Shown: positions 24,201 through 36,700 of the stretch, piece after piece
Layout of the letters: each line of letters begins with the position of its first letter
Position numbering within the stretch: the stretch's first letter is position 1
Source: Acanthaster planci
Taxonomy: Eukaryota
Direction: 5' to 3'
NCBI RefSeq assembly: GCF_001949145.1
Contig: NW_019091361.1
Location: 1,652,866 to 1,716,865, forward strand
DNA: 64,000 nucleotides
Position numbers and translations under genes: made by a program
Notes under the pieces: model-generated
The model's input: only the letters and a program-made list of their open reading frames with translations
Told to the model about the DNA's origin: nothing
Database searches by the model: none

Positions 24201-26794
24201 CATAATAATGTAAGCTGACTTTTATGTACCTCGAAGAAAGGTCTACAAGGCATGTTGACTACAACACTGAGTCTAGTGCATGCTATCTTCTGGCAGTTTT
24301 ACATTTTTGAAAAACACTTATCAGTTGAAATCCAATAAGTGTGAAACCGAAACCTGCCAATGACTTTATTTATTATGTACGACTTTCGTAATAATTTCAA
24401 GGAATTGACTGTGTCCTTCGCCACAGAAAGTCCTTATTGATATTGTTTCCGTTTAATGGTGTGACAGTATACATGGTAACTTTTGGGATGTTTTATATCC
24501 TAGCAAGAATCTTTAGATCTGGCTACCAGCACTATTAGCGATGTTGTGCCTCTACTCATGGGTAGAGACCAACCCAGTGACATCATCGCTCAGGAAGTCA
24601 AGGCGGTTTCTCGCACTGGCAATGGTGTGAACCTCGTGATGGATTTCGCCGGCCTGACAAAGACTTTCGAAATCGGCCTTATGTCTCTGGATCTGGTAAA
24701 CATTCAACCTCTTATATATGAAAGAGATAGCTTGGGCTTACATAAAGAGACAGTCACCTGCAGGTCTTTGCATCGTTGCAAGAAAGAACAATATGCCGGC
24801 TTCAATGTTTCTGATGTTCTTCGGCAATTGCATTGTGGAATACCGTTATGTTAATTCATTGTTTTATACCATACCTTGTTCTCGATCCTCATTTGCTGAA
24901 ACGGGGTTCATATGGGGTTCACCAATTATAGGCAATGGCTTGAAACGTTTTTCGTCAACGTGAACTTAGATATGCATCACGAGATCGTGAGCCTGTAATT
25001 TCCGATTATCTTAATCGATTGCGTACTACACTCAAGTTTTTGACTGGTTATAGCCATTCCATTCGTCATTCTAGGCTATAAGGACCGGTATATAACATAT
25101 TGCTGATCCGCATACCTGTATTAAGTTTCCAGATACAATGAAGTACGGCGTTGCTTAGGTGCTTTATAAAATTACTGTGTCTGTTCAAAACAAGACAGGC
25201 ATTTAAGTAGAATGCGGTAGATAAGGTATCCTCTGTTAGATGTTAACATTATTAGCATCTGTACATTCTAGAATCACGAGGAAAACATGCAATTATTGTT
25301 CACATGGTTTGTGTAGCATCCCTTAATTACAAGTGCAGATTCATCCCGCAATGAAAAGCCCTTCAAGCAAGGCTTTTAACGATGACCCCTTTCATTTCAA
25401 AAGGTAACCCTGACAACGAGTTTCTCTGAAACTGTCATTCAGGTGTACGGGGACGTTTGAGAACCTGTATGAATCCAAGGAACGCCTTCGAATCCTCATG
25501 GTGGTCTCATCCACTTGAAACTCTCAAAGGCATACAACCTGAATACAAGCCACAGTTCATTTAGATTTCATTTTCCACTTCAAAATGAAAGTGGGCACCC
25601 ATGGCTCATGATGGCTGTGCTCCGCAGAAATTTCACCCAATAGTTACGTCACACCACTATAGTGTGGGCCTATACAGACAGGGAATTGTCAAATGAAACT
25701 GTGAGAACCCGAAGTTTTTGTATATGTTAATACACTTGTTGTTTAGCTGTTAATTGGGCTGTTCAGTACATACAGTTTAAAAGTAGAGTTGCAATTTCAG
25801 TCTTCCCTTTTCTGCATAAAATACCGGCTTTCAGGTTCACGTCGTAGAAAATAGAAATTTAATGACAGAGGGATGGGAATGCATGTATCACGTTGGCAAG
25901 CATTCTAACATGGCTGTTAGTTCTTGAATGAAAACAGAGAATTTCACACTACATTTTCGCGCAAAAGACGCCATTGTACATATAAGCGGGTGTCAGTTTT
26001 TTTCGTTCTGTCATTTCTCTCCGTCTTGTACACGCAGAATGGTCAGTACATCGCCATTGGACTCTTTGGTGGTGAGGCTCAGATTCCACTACCCAATTTG
26101 GTGTTGGCTAACATCACCCTGAAGGGCATCGCAATCGGAAGCCTGGACCAGCTCAAGCGACTGGTTGAACTCGTGCTCAAAAAGCCTGTAATTAGTATTG
26201 TAGGCCCAACTCTTTAACTGTTAAATGCACTCTGGGGATGGGAATCCTGTGTTGAGAGTCTGTATCACAAGTCGGAACAGGCCATTGCGTTCGAAAGCCG
26301 ATCACAAGTCACCCCACTTAAAAGATGGTCATGAGCTGTTCGACTGAATTTTGCAGGTGCAGTGCGTTGCCATTTTCGCCCCTTGCTCTTATACTTTGAC
26401 CTGTATAACTTATGAACAGACTGTAATGATTTCCCCTTTGATTGACTTACCATTTTGACTGGAGTACAGCCCTGCCTTTCAAGCTGGCAATTGCCAAACA
26501 CAATGATATCTGTATTTGTTTTTTTTCTCATGAACGAAGATTTAAAAGGGATGAGCCTTCTTAGTACTCAAAGCCACAGTTCCACTCTTCCTGCTATACA
26601 TAGGGTTGTGGAATTCATATTTTCCTCCTTTTCTTCACTAGTCCATATACGACAACCTGAAGTGCACCGTTTATCCACTGGAAGATGGCATCCAAGTCTT
26701 GGAGACACTGGCTGAGGGGAAGATGGTCGGACGGGCCGTACTGAAATGCAACAATGATGATGAGAAGCCTCTAGCAAACTTCACATCTAACTGA
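9226..26794 (+). CDS. Zn-dependent alcohol dehydrogenase (MDR superfamily), paralogue A, 8 exons, 391 aa
   Basis: Exons 9226-9324, 17246-17354, 19069-19270, 20070-20230, 21522-21631, 24504-24695, 26038-26187, 26642-26794. Introns are GT-AG with consistent phases; the exon 5 acceptor is cut by the N gap and only its final G is visible. Spliced length is 1176 nt with an open frame. Motifs: MKCIRV start, GVCHSD and GHE (catalytic Zn), CGACLPC-x7-C (structural Zn), LLPCSGLTA (third Zn ligand), GVGGVG Rossmann motif, GLFGGE, GKMVGRAVL. Confidence 0.93.
10000..10350 (+). mobile_element. Possible relic of the CR1/L2 LINE ORF2 linker region
   Basis: DWINCDYLELRRIAMKAKHMANKTGNKAHF and KIWQTL resemble the PWI...KAxKT...W / KLW motifs between the endonuclease and RT domains. 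No RT motifs are visible. Confidence 0.35.
11020..11175. repeat. Dispersed repeat, inverted copy at about 29850-30011
   Basis: cagttccatggctttcaggg...gtgtataactt...attaatgagctcggc is near reverse-complementary to gccgagctcattaat...aagttatacac...cctgagagccatggaactg. Confidence 0.7.
11222..11343. repeat. Near-perfect inverted repeat (53-bp arms, 16-nt loop)
   Basis: Arm 11222-11274 differs from the reverse complement of 11291-11343 at 4 positions. Confidence 0.9.
12437..13769. mobile_element. Foldback-type non-autonomous DNA transposon with subterminal tandem arrays and TA target duplication
   Basis: TIR tggtgttccatatgtgccatc at 12437, with its exact complement ending at 13769; both ends are flanked by TA. 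About 11 copies of a 19-20-nt unit (ggcgtcgcatttttcgacc) at 12459-12667 and about 3 inverted copies at 13690-13747. Confidence 0.8.
13868..14204. mobile_element. Palindromic TA-flanked MITE (Tc1/mariner-type target site) with internal tcgtacgtacga repeats
   Basis: ta|cggagcggtatcaggggaatggtgaaaaaaac...ttctctcctcctagagctaa mirrors ttagctcaaggaggagagaa...gttttttaatcatgtccctaatacagctacg|ta. A more degenerate relative lies at about 21783-22130. Confidence 0.75.
14494..15024 (+). pseudogene. Decayed intronless ORF: C2H2 zinc finger, acidic tract and helical domain; probably mobile-element derived
   Basis: Reads KSYACHRCAKSFGRKSNLQRRMENIHAEEE* (C2H2 pattern with the first His changed to Arg), then DINEVDDDSESVEEVEDDETSNEDNSE. 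Frameshifted fragments follow: AVKQDFFDNCKEFPSSCLHLKDNE / QDVVDDLEGNLDNGMKVNKALNRVIP*HSVKFDGLFQ. Several stops and frameshifts. Confidence 0.6.
15135..15325 (+). repeat. Dispersed repeat, second copy at 62760-62943
   Basis: Shared cgagcaga..cacc...catcggtt.aaaag.gcc, tcattttgttggtagcgatgc, aaaggagcct.cgttgc, cttggtc.agctc. Confidence 0.75.
15326..15745. mobile_element. Dispersed non-autonomous element, copy 2 (inverted relative to 4925-5440)
   Basis: For example, gccttgcacagattttagtgaaggaaatatgtcacac is near reverse-complementary to gtgtgacgtatttccgtcactaaaatcggtgcagggcc at about 5361-5398. Confidence 0.65.
18190..18450. repeat. Cluster of degenerate gatccaccaattgggggatctg motifs in both orientations (probable MITE subterminal repeats)
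   Basis: The motif recurs at about 18230, 18250 and 18365, and inverted at about 18420-18440. Confidence 0.55.
20452..20707. mobile_element. MITE with ~65-bp imperfect TIRs (intron 4 of gene A)
   Basis: cgtctgctacgtcacgtgaactgtggtgggt...caaacatggcgtcct mirrors aggatgccatgtttg...acccactatgggtcacgtgacttagcggacg. Confidence 0.65.
21008..21520. other. Assembly gap (513 N) in intron 4 of gene A
   Basis: Run of N ending one base before exon 5 of gene A. Confidence 1.
22608..24039. mobile_element. Long foldback/inverted-repeat element in intron 5 of gene A
   Basis: Left arm 22608-23147 is reverse-complementary to 23370-23690 plus 23893-24039. The central spacer is about 220 nt and there is extra sequence in the right arm. 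Confidence 0.75.
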
Positions 26795-27229
26795 AGAAAT
26801 GTTGTTATTGAACCATTCTAACGGCACCTTTGTTTAAGACACTGAAAATACCTCAATCCGTCATTCCTCGGTTGCTTTGACGGTGAAGTTTATCCATGCA
26901 GTGCTTCTAGACCTGTAGTTTGTTTTCGGTTAGTGGGCTGAAAAATTCATTCCGGTCATAAAGTAATTACAATATGAATACTGAAATACATGTAGTTTAC
27001 TTTTGGGTATAACAATATTTGTGTGAGATTGTATTTCAATTAAATAGAGTTAGTATTATAGGTAATGAACACGTATGAGAATGCTTTTTGTATCCAAAAC
27101 AAATTTTGAAAGTACTACTTGCGATTTTTCTTATGAGGCAGGATTTCAAAGCTTGGCAGTCGTGTGATGCTTCAAAAGCTTAGCAGATAAGTACTTACAC
27201 TGTATACGTTTTTGTAAATATTTACACAT

Positions 27230-28450
27230 TTTGGGAAAATGGGTGAATCTGAAAATTTTTTACAACTTATTTCTCTAGTTGAAAATATATAGTTTTTCAT
27301 TGCCATGTCACAGACGGGATCGGCGGCAAAAAAGGCTTTTGGTCGATTGGGAGCTAAAATTAGAGTCTGGTGAAAAGACAACCAAAACAATGGGTGCTCT
27401 AATAGAAGTTCACGTCGAATGAAAAGCATTGCTTCGTAGATAGCCTTGTGTGCAGCAGCTCTAATTAAACTTGAACAGTGGTTCAAGACTCTAATACAAC
27501 ATTCATTTTCCATTGACAGACGAATTAAATGTTAAATGTTTTGTGCGTGTTGAAAGTAAATCTTTGTCACTTTTGTTTAATATTTCTGCTTTCTTCGTAC
27601 GAACAGCAGTGACATCATTCTATCTTTCCTTGTGAATGAACAGACTTTCACCTGGAACCAATGAGACGTTCACCTGTCTTTCAAAGCTTGTACGATAGAA
27701 GTGCCTGGAAAATCAGGGATTTGTGCGGTCAAAATGCCCGTTTAATTATCATTTAAGAAGTTTGAAAGTCCGGAAAGACAGAACTATTATGCGTACAAGC
27801 GTTTATTGATCAGTTTCCGAAGGTCTTCGCCTTTTTTTTGGGGGGGGGGAGATAGGCCATTGAATCATCCCCCACACTTTTTTGTGGTGAGCAAAAATTT
27901 AAAGTGGATTGTGAAGAATTTTTCTGAATCCCATCGAAAAATGCATTCAATATCACTAAAAAAAGGGCAAACAATTCGTCGGTCTTTTCACGAAGGGATG
28001 GATGTTTGATATCGCTAGAAAAAGATTTTTTGAGAGAATCGTATTTGGAGTTGGTCTCTATTTCAGACGCTCATTTCCCAGTGTTTAGCATGACATTGAC
28101 TTGAGTAATGTTACTACATGAAAGAGGGGATCTCAAATGCCACAAAATATTGAAAGAAGTCAACTACAATTGTATATTTTGAAAACAATCCCACTTAAAC
28201 ACCACTGATTCCTTGCTCTCCATGCTCCCTTAAATTTGCTCCCCCGACACCATTCATTTAATTACGTCTTCCAGACACATTTTCTGTACACGATCGTCCG
28301 ATCGTAGACGTTCTGTCAATCATGGACCCTGTCTTCCTCTTGTTTGACGTCCCCAACTTACTTTAAACGTGTACAATACGCATTGGCAGGGATTGTTTTA
28401 TTTGCGCATTGCAGCACCTCCAAACGTGACTTCCGGGTCACTGAAAGGCA
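27230..28450 (+). repeat. Diverged segmental duplicate of 730-2230 (spacer downstream of gene A)
   Basis: Same three collinear blocks in the same orientation as 730-2230. Confidence 0.8.
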
Positions 28451-30199
28451 AAAACGGAAATATCTGAAAGTAAAACAAAAATGCCTTTAACTCTAATGCA
28501 CATGCTGAGAAAATAAAACAACTTTTGGCTGCGTTTGGCATAGTTCAAGGTTCAGTAGAATAATTATTATGCACGGTGGACCATAGTATATGACGCAACC
28601 AAGGGGGACTAGATGGGTTTCACCCCCCAAGAAGTTATCATTTCTGGATAAAAAAAACAAAGATACCATAATACAAATACTGTTACATCTTAAACTACTG
28701 ATATAGCAGCACAACCCAGTCCCCGTGGTGCAACCAAGGTCAGCATCATGAGCTATTTTGAGGGTTAAGATGTTTCTAATCTCAATTTGGCAGCCAGCCA
28801 AACTCCTATCACTGATGAAATGAGAGTCAGGAAATAGCTCCACATGTAGCTTCGGTGTTTTAATATTTGGTCACACTGGATGATGATGTCATTGACATGT
28901 CGACCCTTTCCAACAAGGCTGCATCCGAATCTGTTGTCTAGAGCTAGGTCTAGGTCTTCCCTCCATTGGAAATGTGCGGAGACGCGGAGACAACAGACCT
29001 TGAAGGTCGTTTCGGACACGGCCCAAAGGCGCATTGCGTACAGAAAACTTGAGTTTTTTTAAAATAGGGTGTACGGGTCAGATACAGCACATTGCACACT
29101 TCATTATTTGCTTCTCGATGCAGTGTCTTAAATACTATTGACTGAGATTTTTTTCAGAATCCTGTCGTTACAGCATCCAAAATTAGAATGAGGCCATTTC
29201 AGACATTTTAAAGGTTAGTTCCTAGCTGTTTCCAACTAGCGCAGCTAGACCTAAAGTCAAATGATAAACATGACAGAAGTGTTCGTGTTTTCGGAGGATA
29301 AAAGCATATCAATTCTCTCCTTGTAACTGCTGCAGACAATAAGAACACGGTATGAGAAATCATTTACCCTTCCAGGATTTACTATTAAGGCTTTGCTTGA
29401 AAGTAGACCATAGACCTTTCCACAAAGGTGAGGTTTGTTTCGCTGCAACAGGCCACGCCCGTCTTTGACCGAGAATGGAGGATGGTACCCTAACATATCG
29501 CACAATTTTTTTATAGCTTACACAGAACGGAACCTTACTCATTTCTTTCACCTCATGCGTTTTAAACGAACGAAAATTTTCAAGTTTTTATTTGACTCTC
29601 CAAAAATTACTCTCACACTAGAAATTAATAGCTATAGTAATTTCAGAGAGTTTTCCGAAGACCGCGAAAGTGACAAAAGTGCAAAAGCTGAGAGAAAATG
29701 GCGTTGAAATTTGTGCCCCTGTACGTTTTCAATGGGCTGCTCAAGCTTTTTGCCTCCAAATGCCATATATGCTCATGTGCACATAAATTGGATTCATTAG
29801 TGGAAGGGTCTATTGGAATGAGGCTGGAAAGATGCTTCTATCTAGGGATGCACCCTTGCAAAAAGGCCCGAAATCTGTCCGCCGAGCTCATTAATAAATA
29901 AAAGTTATACACTCAAAATAGTCTATATTAGAGGGTCCTGAGAGCCATGGAACTGGGGAATTGAAGAAATATCGCACTGAATCTCTGGGCCGGACTTAAG
30001 GCTTCCAATTCTTCCAATTTATTTGTAGCGATGCACCCCAAGATAGCTCGTGCTTTTGGCATGTCAATGGCCATTTGCACGCTTGACTGGTGATTGACAT
30101 TTACCATACTGACCTAACAAATTAATCCAAGCACAAGGACAGACGCCATCGGTCGGTCTTCTCCACGTTGGTTTCAAGGGTACCTAATTGGCTGTGACC

Positions 30200-30502
30200 A
30201 TGAAGTGCATCCAGGTATTAATCCGCGCCGGAGCCCCTGTTTTGTTTTGTTTTTCTTGTGTTTCTTTCGTGGGGATATGTTAAAGGGAGGGCGCTGCTTA
30301 GTGACGACACCGTTTGACGGCACCCTGCTTTAGGGTTGTGAAAATAAAATACGTTCTCCCTTCCTTTCCTTCAACAGTCCATATATGACAACCTGACGTG
30401 CAGCGTTCATCCACTGGGAGATGCCATCCAAATCATGGAGAAACTGGCCAAGGGACAGGTGGTTGGACGGGCCACACATTGAAGTGTAACGATGATGAGT
30501 AA
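30200..30502 (+). pseudogene. ADH pseudogene psi2 (exon 1 relic next to exon 8 relic)
   Basis: ATGAAGTGCATCCAGGTA (MKCIQV) at 30200 is preceded by sequence similar to the gene A 5' leader (atcggtcggtcttctcc..ttggt..aagggta). The exon 8 relic 30378-30502 (SIYDNLTCSVHPLGDAIQIMEKLAKGQVVGRA) has a 2-nt insertion causing a frameshift and TGA. Exons 2-7 are absent. Confidence 0.88.
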
Positions 30503-33500
30503 TCGCTGGCAAATCGAGAGAGTATTGTCGGCACTCTCACTGAAAACTCTCAACTTGTATGGGTGGCTAAAGTTTGCAGAAATATAACCTTTTGGCTGTT
30601 TTTCAATTTCTCATGAAATTCGTTCAAAATGGGCATTTGTTCCATTAATTTTAAAATATTGTTGAATTTTCATTTAGTATGTAGTAGTACGTGTTTTATA
30701 CTACGGTGTTCTGTTTGCTGCATTGGATTTTTTAGAACATTTTGTGAATTATCCTTGTAATGATTGACGGGATTATTCTTTTATCGAAATTGCCCGACTG
30801 CACCACCAAATGCTCTGCCACGTTACACATACGGACCCCTGCACTCCAGCTCATCGGGCGGTCCTCCCGTCACTTCAGGCCGCCGAAGGCTACTGGCATT
30901 GACTACATGTGGTGAAAGCGCCCTAGATTATGGAACGCCAAATGTACCAAAATATGACGTTATTCTATGAACGTAGTTTGAACATGTTTTCTTCCATGGA
31001 TTTTCATATGTATGAACTATTCATAACTACCCCAATCCAGTGTTCTCACTGGCTAAGACGCGGCCCCAAAAGTGAGCAGCTCCAGCGCCCAGCACCGATC
31101 ATTACCGAGCGGGCAGCTCCGGAGAAACAACTCCTTGAACGATCGTGTGTGTACAGCTCTGCTATGAATAACCTGTCTGTCACTCCCAAATAAATAGCTT
31201 AGATTTGGACGAGCTGTACTCTGATTATTGTTCTTGTAATGAACTTGCAATAGAGCAATATCCAGCCTCACTGGCAACAGAAGTTGTTCGTTGTAAATAT
31301 GGAGACAACGTAAATAATTCTTCAGAATAAATTAGTTACGTGTGTAAGTCAATCCCATGACTCTCTGTCATTCTGTTTGATAACGGTTCTCTACCCTGAG
31401 AGAGACGTTACAATTAGTTTTAGCAGCCACATATAGGAAAATCCCGACTGTGACGTCAAAAGAGCAGATCCTATGTATGAGCAGTCAGTTTAAGAAAATG
31501 TGACAAGAAAAATCCTCAATCTTTCGTAACATTAATGTCGAAGTCTGTTTGCTGTTTTTAGGTTTATGTGATTCCAGTCATGGTTTAAGACGACTTTAAC
31601 TTCAGTCTTTCAGTACATAAAGTGACATACGTCATGTATGTAGTAAGTACCTCGTGGTTATTTTTCTGCTTTTAAACACAAGAAAAAATTCCGTTTCAAA
31701 ATACTTTTGATGCTACAATACTGCCACATTTAAATTCGTATTAGCAATTTAAACGTTTTAGGAAATTTCATGAAAAGATAACGTAATTTTTAAATCTTTC
31801 ATCAATGTGATGAGATGCTTACTTTTTCGTGAAATTTGATTGTATCGATTTATTAGTCATAAATTACACCCTGTACCCTCTGAATGTTTGCTTTGCATAT
31901 TAGATGTGTCTAACTCTGACTGAAAATTATAATCACAAAACAAGCATATCGCTACCACCAAAATGAGCACTCCCAACCAATATGGCTATTTTCAACCATT
32001 GAGGGGTCCTTCTGCTAAAGGCGGAAATCACCTCCTATTGTGTCCGCCATACCTCAGATAGGGTAACTGGACGTCACAAATGGGATCAGGTCTCAAATCT
32101 ATAGATAGCACAGGACTGTATCTGTTGTAGGCTCCTCCCATGAAAATGGTGTTCTTTCGCTTTAGATGCCCCCCCCAAATTGTCAATTATTTAGAGGGTT
32201 CAAAGCGAAAGGAAATCTCATGGTTGACCTCTCTCTGTTATAAATTCTCGACAGCCTAATTGCATCAGTGCCTGCTGAGTTCTCTGAAACTAAAGAAAGC
32301 TAAAACCAAAGCGTTCGTTTTCTTTTGACGTTCATCTTCATACCGATGTGTTTGTTGGTTATTGTGTCTCAGTGAGTTGTTCAGCTATGCAATGATGCTG
32401 TGTATACGGAAAAATTGTTTTTCCGACACTGCTCCCGAAAAAAAATCTTAATTTAAGCGAAAAAATGGCCCAGATTGATACAAGATTTAAATAATATGGT
32501 CTTCGATAATAATATGGTGGGCTTTCTGATGTAAACAAAATCTGAAGTTTGCCAAATTCGAGGTGTTAAGGATAACCCTCACAATATCAGGTTTTGCTTT
32601 TCAAAGCATTACGACATCCAGCTTGCACACTATACAATGACACTGACTTACTTCCAATAAACATTCGTAATATTCAGTCATTTTCAGGATTGGCGGTTTT
32701 TTATTTTAAAAAATGTTTGAAAATCGAGTTTGTAATTTTAAATATTAAGTCAGATTTTGTTTTTATTAAAATCGGATTTTTCATTTCAAGACAAGTCGGA
32801 GACAAGTCGGCGTAATAAGCGTAAAAGCAAATTTAGTATGTTAATTTCTTTTATTCATTTCTTTTATAAACAAATGAATTTGGAATGAATTGAACAAATT
32901 TAATCAAGTAATTCTGATGAAAAACAAAAACCGCATTCAGTGTTGTCCAGTCACAGGTGCAGGCAGTATATAGCACCTTATGGACCCCCAGAGAAGACAG
33001 CTGCTCCGGGGATTTAGGTAAAAGGGTAAAGTACCAAATTTTACAGCAGTTGTAACAAAACCAGAGTTCCAAAGGAATTTGTTGACAAGAAACTAGTACC
33101 TAATAACCAATGAGTGAAAAAAAAATGAATCCATAAAGCTGTTTTAAATGTAAACATGTTAATTGAATTGAAAAATCCTGCCAACCCAGATTGTGTTAAC
33201 ACATGTACATGTACATTCAGATTTATGTTAAATACTTGGAAGGGAAGGACCCACGGGGTGAATTTGCTACTTAAAATGTACAAAAGCTGGAAAAATTACA
33301 AATCAGTTGGAAAACATTGAAATTACTAAATGTTTCGCCTTTCCCCCAAAATATCAATATGTTGGTTTTAACTCAGTGATTTAAAAAAATCATTTGATTG
33401 AATCACAATTTAACTCAAGGTGATTTAAATCGGCCCACCTTAGGCGTTTTCCATTTTCTTATAGACTGATATCCTTTTGAAATAAATTCGCAATGATTAT

Positions 33501-33752
33501 GATTTCTTGAAAATATGACACATCTTAGGCTGTGCAGACATTCATCATGTTTGATACTCTAAACGTTTACTCTGAATAGAAACACTTATTCACTGCTATT
33601 TTAAACAAAAGATGAAAAGGGGTTCTTCACAGACAGATGACTTGAGGAAACTCATATGATTAGGCAGATCTGGCCAGCGTTCCACTCAATAAATGTCGCT
33701 TTCATTATACCAGTGACGACAAGAGTTGTGGCTCTTCCCATTTCTGGCAAGG

Positions 33753-36700
33753 CTATTCATCATCGCCGCAACACTTCAGAATAGCCCGACCAATGATCTG
33801 CCCTTTGGCAACTTTTTCCATGGCTTGGATGCCATCTTCCAGTGGGTGGACGGTGTACTGAAGGTTGGCAAAGAGTGACTAGTGAAGAGAAAACGACAGA
33901 AATTTCGTTCAACTGTTGAGAGAACATCCAAATAAAATCTTCACGATTCTGGATACTCCAAGTTATTTTTCGACGTCATACAAGAACTTTCTTAGGTCAC
34001 ATATTCAAGGGGAAATTTTCTTTAAGAAAGACTGAATTATTTCTGCACTAAAGTGAGCGCGAGTGCGAAGTCAGAGCAGATATTTGCAATTCAAATTCGC
34101 AAAGGTTGAGCTTAACAAACTGCCGCTGTAGAAGTGATGTTAAGTTACAGAGCTCGTAGAAGCATATTGTGACTTAACCATCCATCCAGGAAGGAACATG
34201 ACTTCCGGCATCATTAGGTCCTTTTTTAACTGATCACTTCCTGACCAATCATGCGCGGCGTCTGACCTGGCTGCGCCCACAGTAGCCACTGGTAAGCATT
34301 ATAAGTTCACTGGCTTTAACAAGCTCCTTTTATCTACCTATTGTGCCCACAAAATGCTGCTGAAGCCAAAACGCAATTTATAATCGGCAAGCTTAGGCGA
34401 GGCACGGTCGAGGAATTTTGCTCTAAAAGCCTCGTGTATTAATTAACAGCGGTGAAACGTCCGCTCAGGCGCACCTGCTGCAGCTTTACTTCACATAAAC
34501 AGATGTGCTACCTCTGGCCTTTTAGCAACCTATTTCAGACACAACCTAAGACTTTCTGAAAGACCATCAAGGGAATTATCAGTCAATGAATCAGATAAAA
34601 TTACCGGCGTTTTGGCCATGAGATCCACCAATCGCCTGAGCTGGACCAGACTGCCTACTTTGATGCCAATGATGGAGCGTCCATTCAGTACCACTTCAGG
34701 TAGCGACATATGCGCCTCACCACCAAGAAGACCAATCACATGGTAACGACCTCGCTGTTCGTCAAAAAAAGAGAAATGGCCGAGTTATTAAAAACAAAGA
34801 TAACCCTTTAAATCGGAACTTTCTGAAAGAGACGGGTTAATCTTAAGAAAATATTTTTTCTCTAAGTACGTGTGTATTTTGTCACTCCATGACTTGCCAT
34901 CTGAACATGATGTTAAGTTATTAACGGAGTTATTCGTGTTCAAGGGTAATTATTTACAGATCCGATTTATAATTCATGGTCATTTTCATTAATTACGGGT
35001 ATATTGATTAATTTCAGTGAGGCGAGTGATTCACAAGTTCACCATTCTCAGTGACTTCTTGGCGACCTCGAACGTCTGAGTTGAACCGACAAAATCCAAT
35101 ATGAGATCAACGCCGCTACCGGTGCGAGAAGCCGTCTTGACTTGCTGAATGATGCTGTCGCTGGACTTGTGTTGATCTATGAGTAACGGCTCAACAGTAC
35201 CGACATTACTTGTAACCAAGTCCAGTGGTTTTTGCTGCAACATGCAAATATTCAGATTCACAAATCCTGCCGTTGTACTGAATGTTATAACACCGATGTG
35301 TGACCACTTAATTAATTTTAGGGTCCAAATCTGCAATGTACAGCATGTATAAAAAGTGTATTAAGTTAACTTTTTCTTCAATCAGAACAAACACGACAAG
35401 GAAACAAACCTTGACGTCTGCACATATGATTTGCGTTTCTGATGGGTACAGGGACCGGGCAAAACAAATTCCCCATTGGCCAAGCCCACCTGCCCCAATC
35501 ACCATCACAGAGCAACAACCTGTCGGTGTAAAACAAAAACAACACGAAGACTGAAACTAAAAAACTTTCGGCAAACTGAGAGCAGCCCGCGTGCTCCCCA
35601 GAGACTTCGTTGTGTGTTTCTTTTGCCAGGGAACTGAAAAGTTCGGTCTTTAGAATGTTCTTTATGCAAATAATGGTTGGTCAAAAAATCTCCTTGCGTC
35701 TGCCCAGCAGCACTTAAGTTCAATACATTGTACCAATGAGACATGAGGAAAGGGATAAAGCTGGTAGGAATGCTCTCAATGTCACAACTACACAGGATAG
35801 GGGATGATGTTCGTTATGGGGGGAAACGGGAAACTTGGTTGTCGGGAAATCCAAGTCTGGCGTGCATGTGAGACAAGTAGAAAGCACCATGTCTAGTAAT
35901 TTATCCTGTTTAGAAGAAAACGCTAAATGAAAGTCATTCTTGCAAATTTGTCGGGTGAAACTTCGAGTGCAGCCACGCTTAAGAAGGTGATATGAGCTGG
36001 GTTTTTTCCAAATACCGACTTCGTGTTATAGTTTGGCTTTAATCCTGGGCCTCAGAAACATGTTCATAAGCCAACTCTCAGAGCCATAAACAAATACTGG
36101 AAATGGCTTTTCTTACAAGATTGGATGCCAGGATCTCTGTTATATAAGCCAGACCAAATTAGGGAAACCCTCGCATTTCATCCTTATAGGCCTTTAAGTG
36201 CATTCATCCACCTGCACAAGCCACTTTCTGCTTCATGGCTGTCTATCAGACATACCTTTGATCTCGGTGACATTCTTCACAAACTCCACGGCATTTTCGA
36301 CGGCGTGGTAAGCAGTTAGCCCACTGCAGGGGAGAAGACTAGCCACCGTCAGAGGTATGGATGCACACACAGGGACCACGTACCGAACTTCAGGCACAGC
36401 AACATACTGTGCGAATCTAGGGAGAAAATAGGCCAACGACTGGGTGAATTCCACAGTGCCTTTGATGTCTTGGGCAATGTTTAATCCAAAACAAAACAAG
36501 CAAATACACGAACCAACAAACAAACGCCCACATACACCAAGCACCACCAACATGACCTTAAAATATTTGCTCACCCAGCTACAACGTGGCTTTTCACAAA
36601 ACCTCACGGTTAATTTTTCCTTATACATTCAAATAACCCAAATGTTATCGTATGGGAGGAGGAGGACTAGAGCTTCAAATTGGAGTAAATAGAAATGAGA

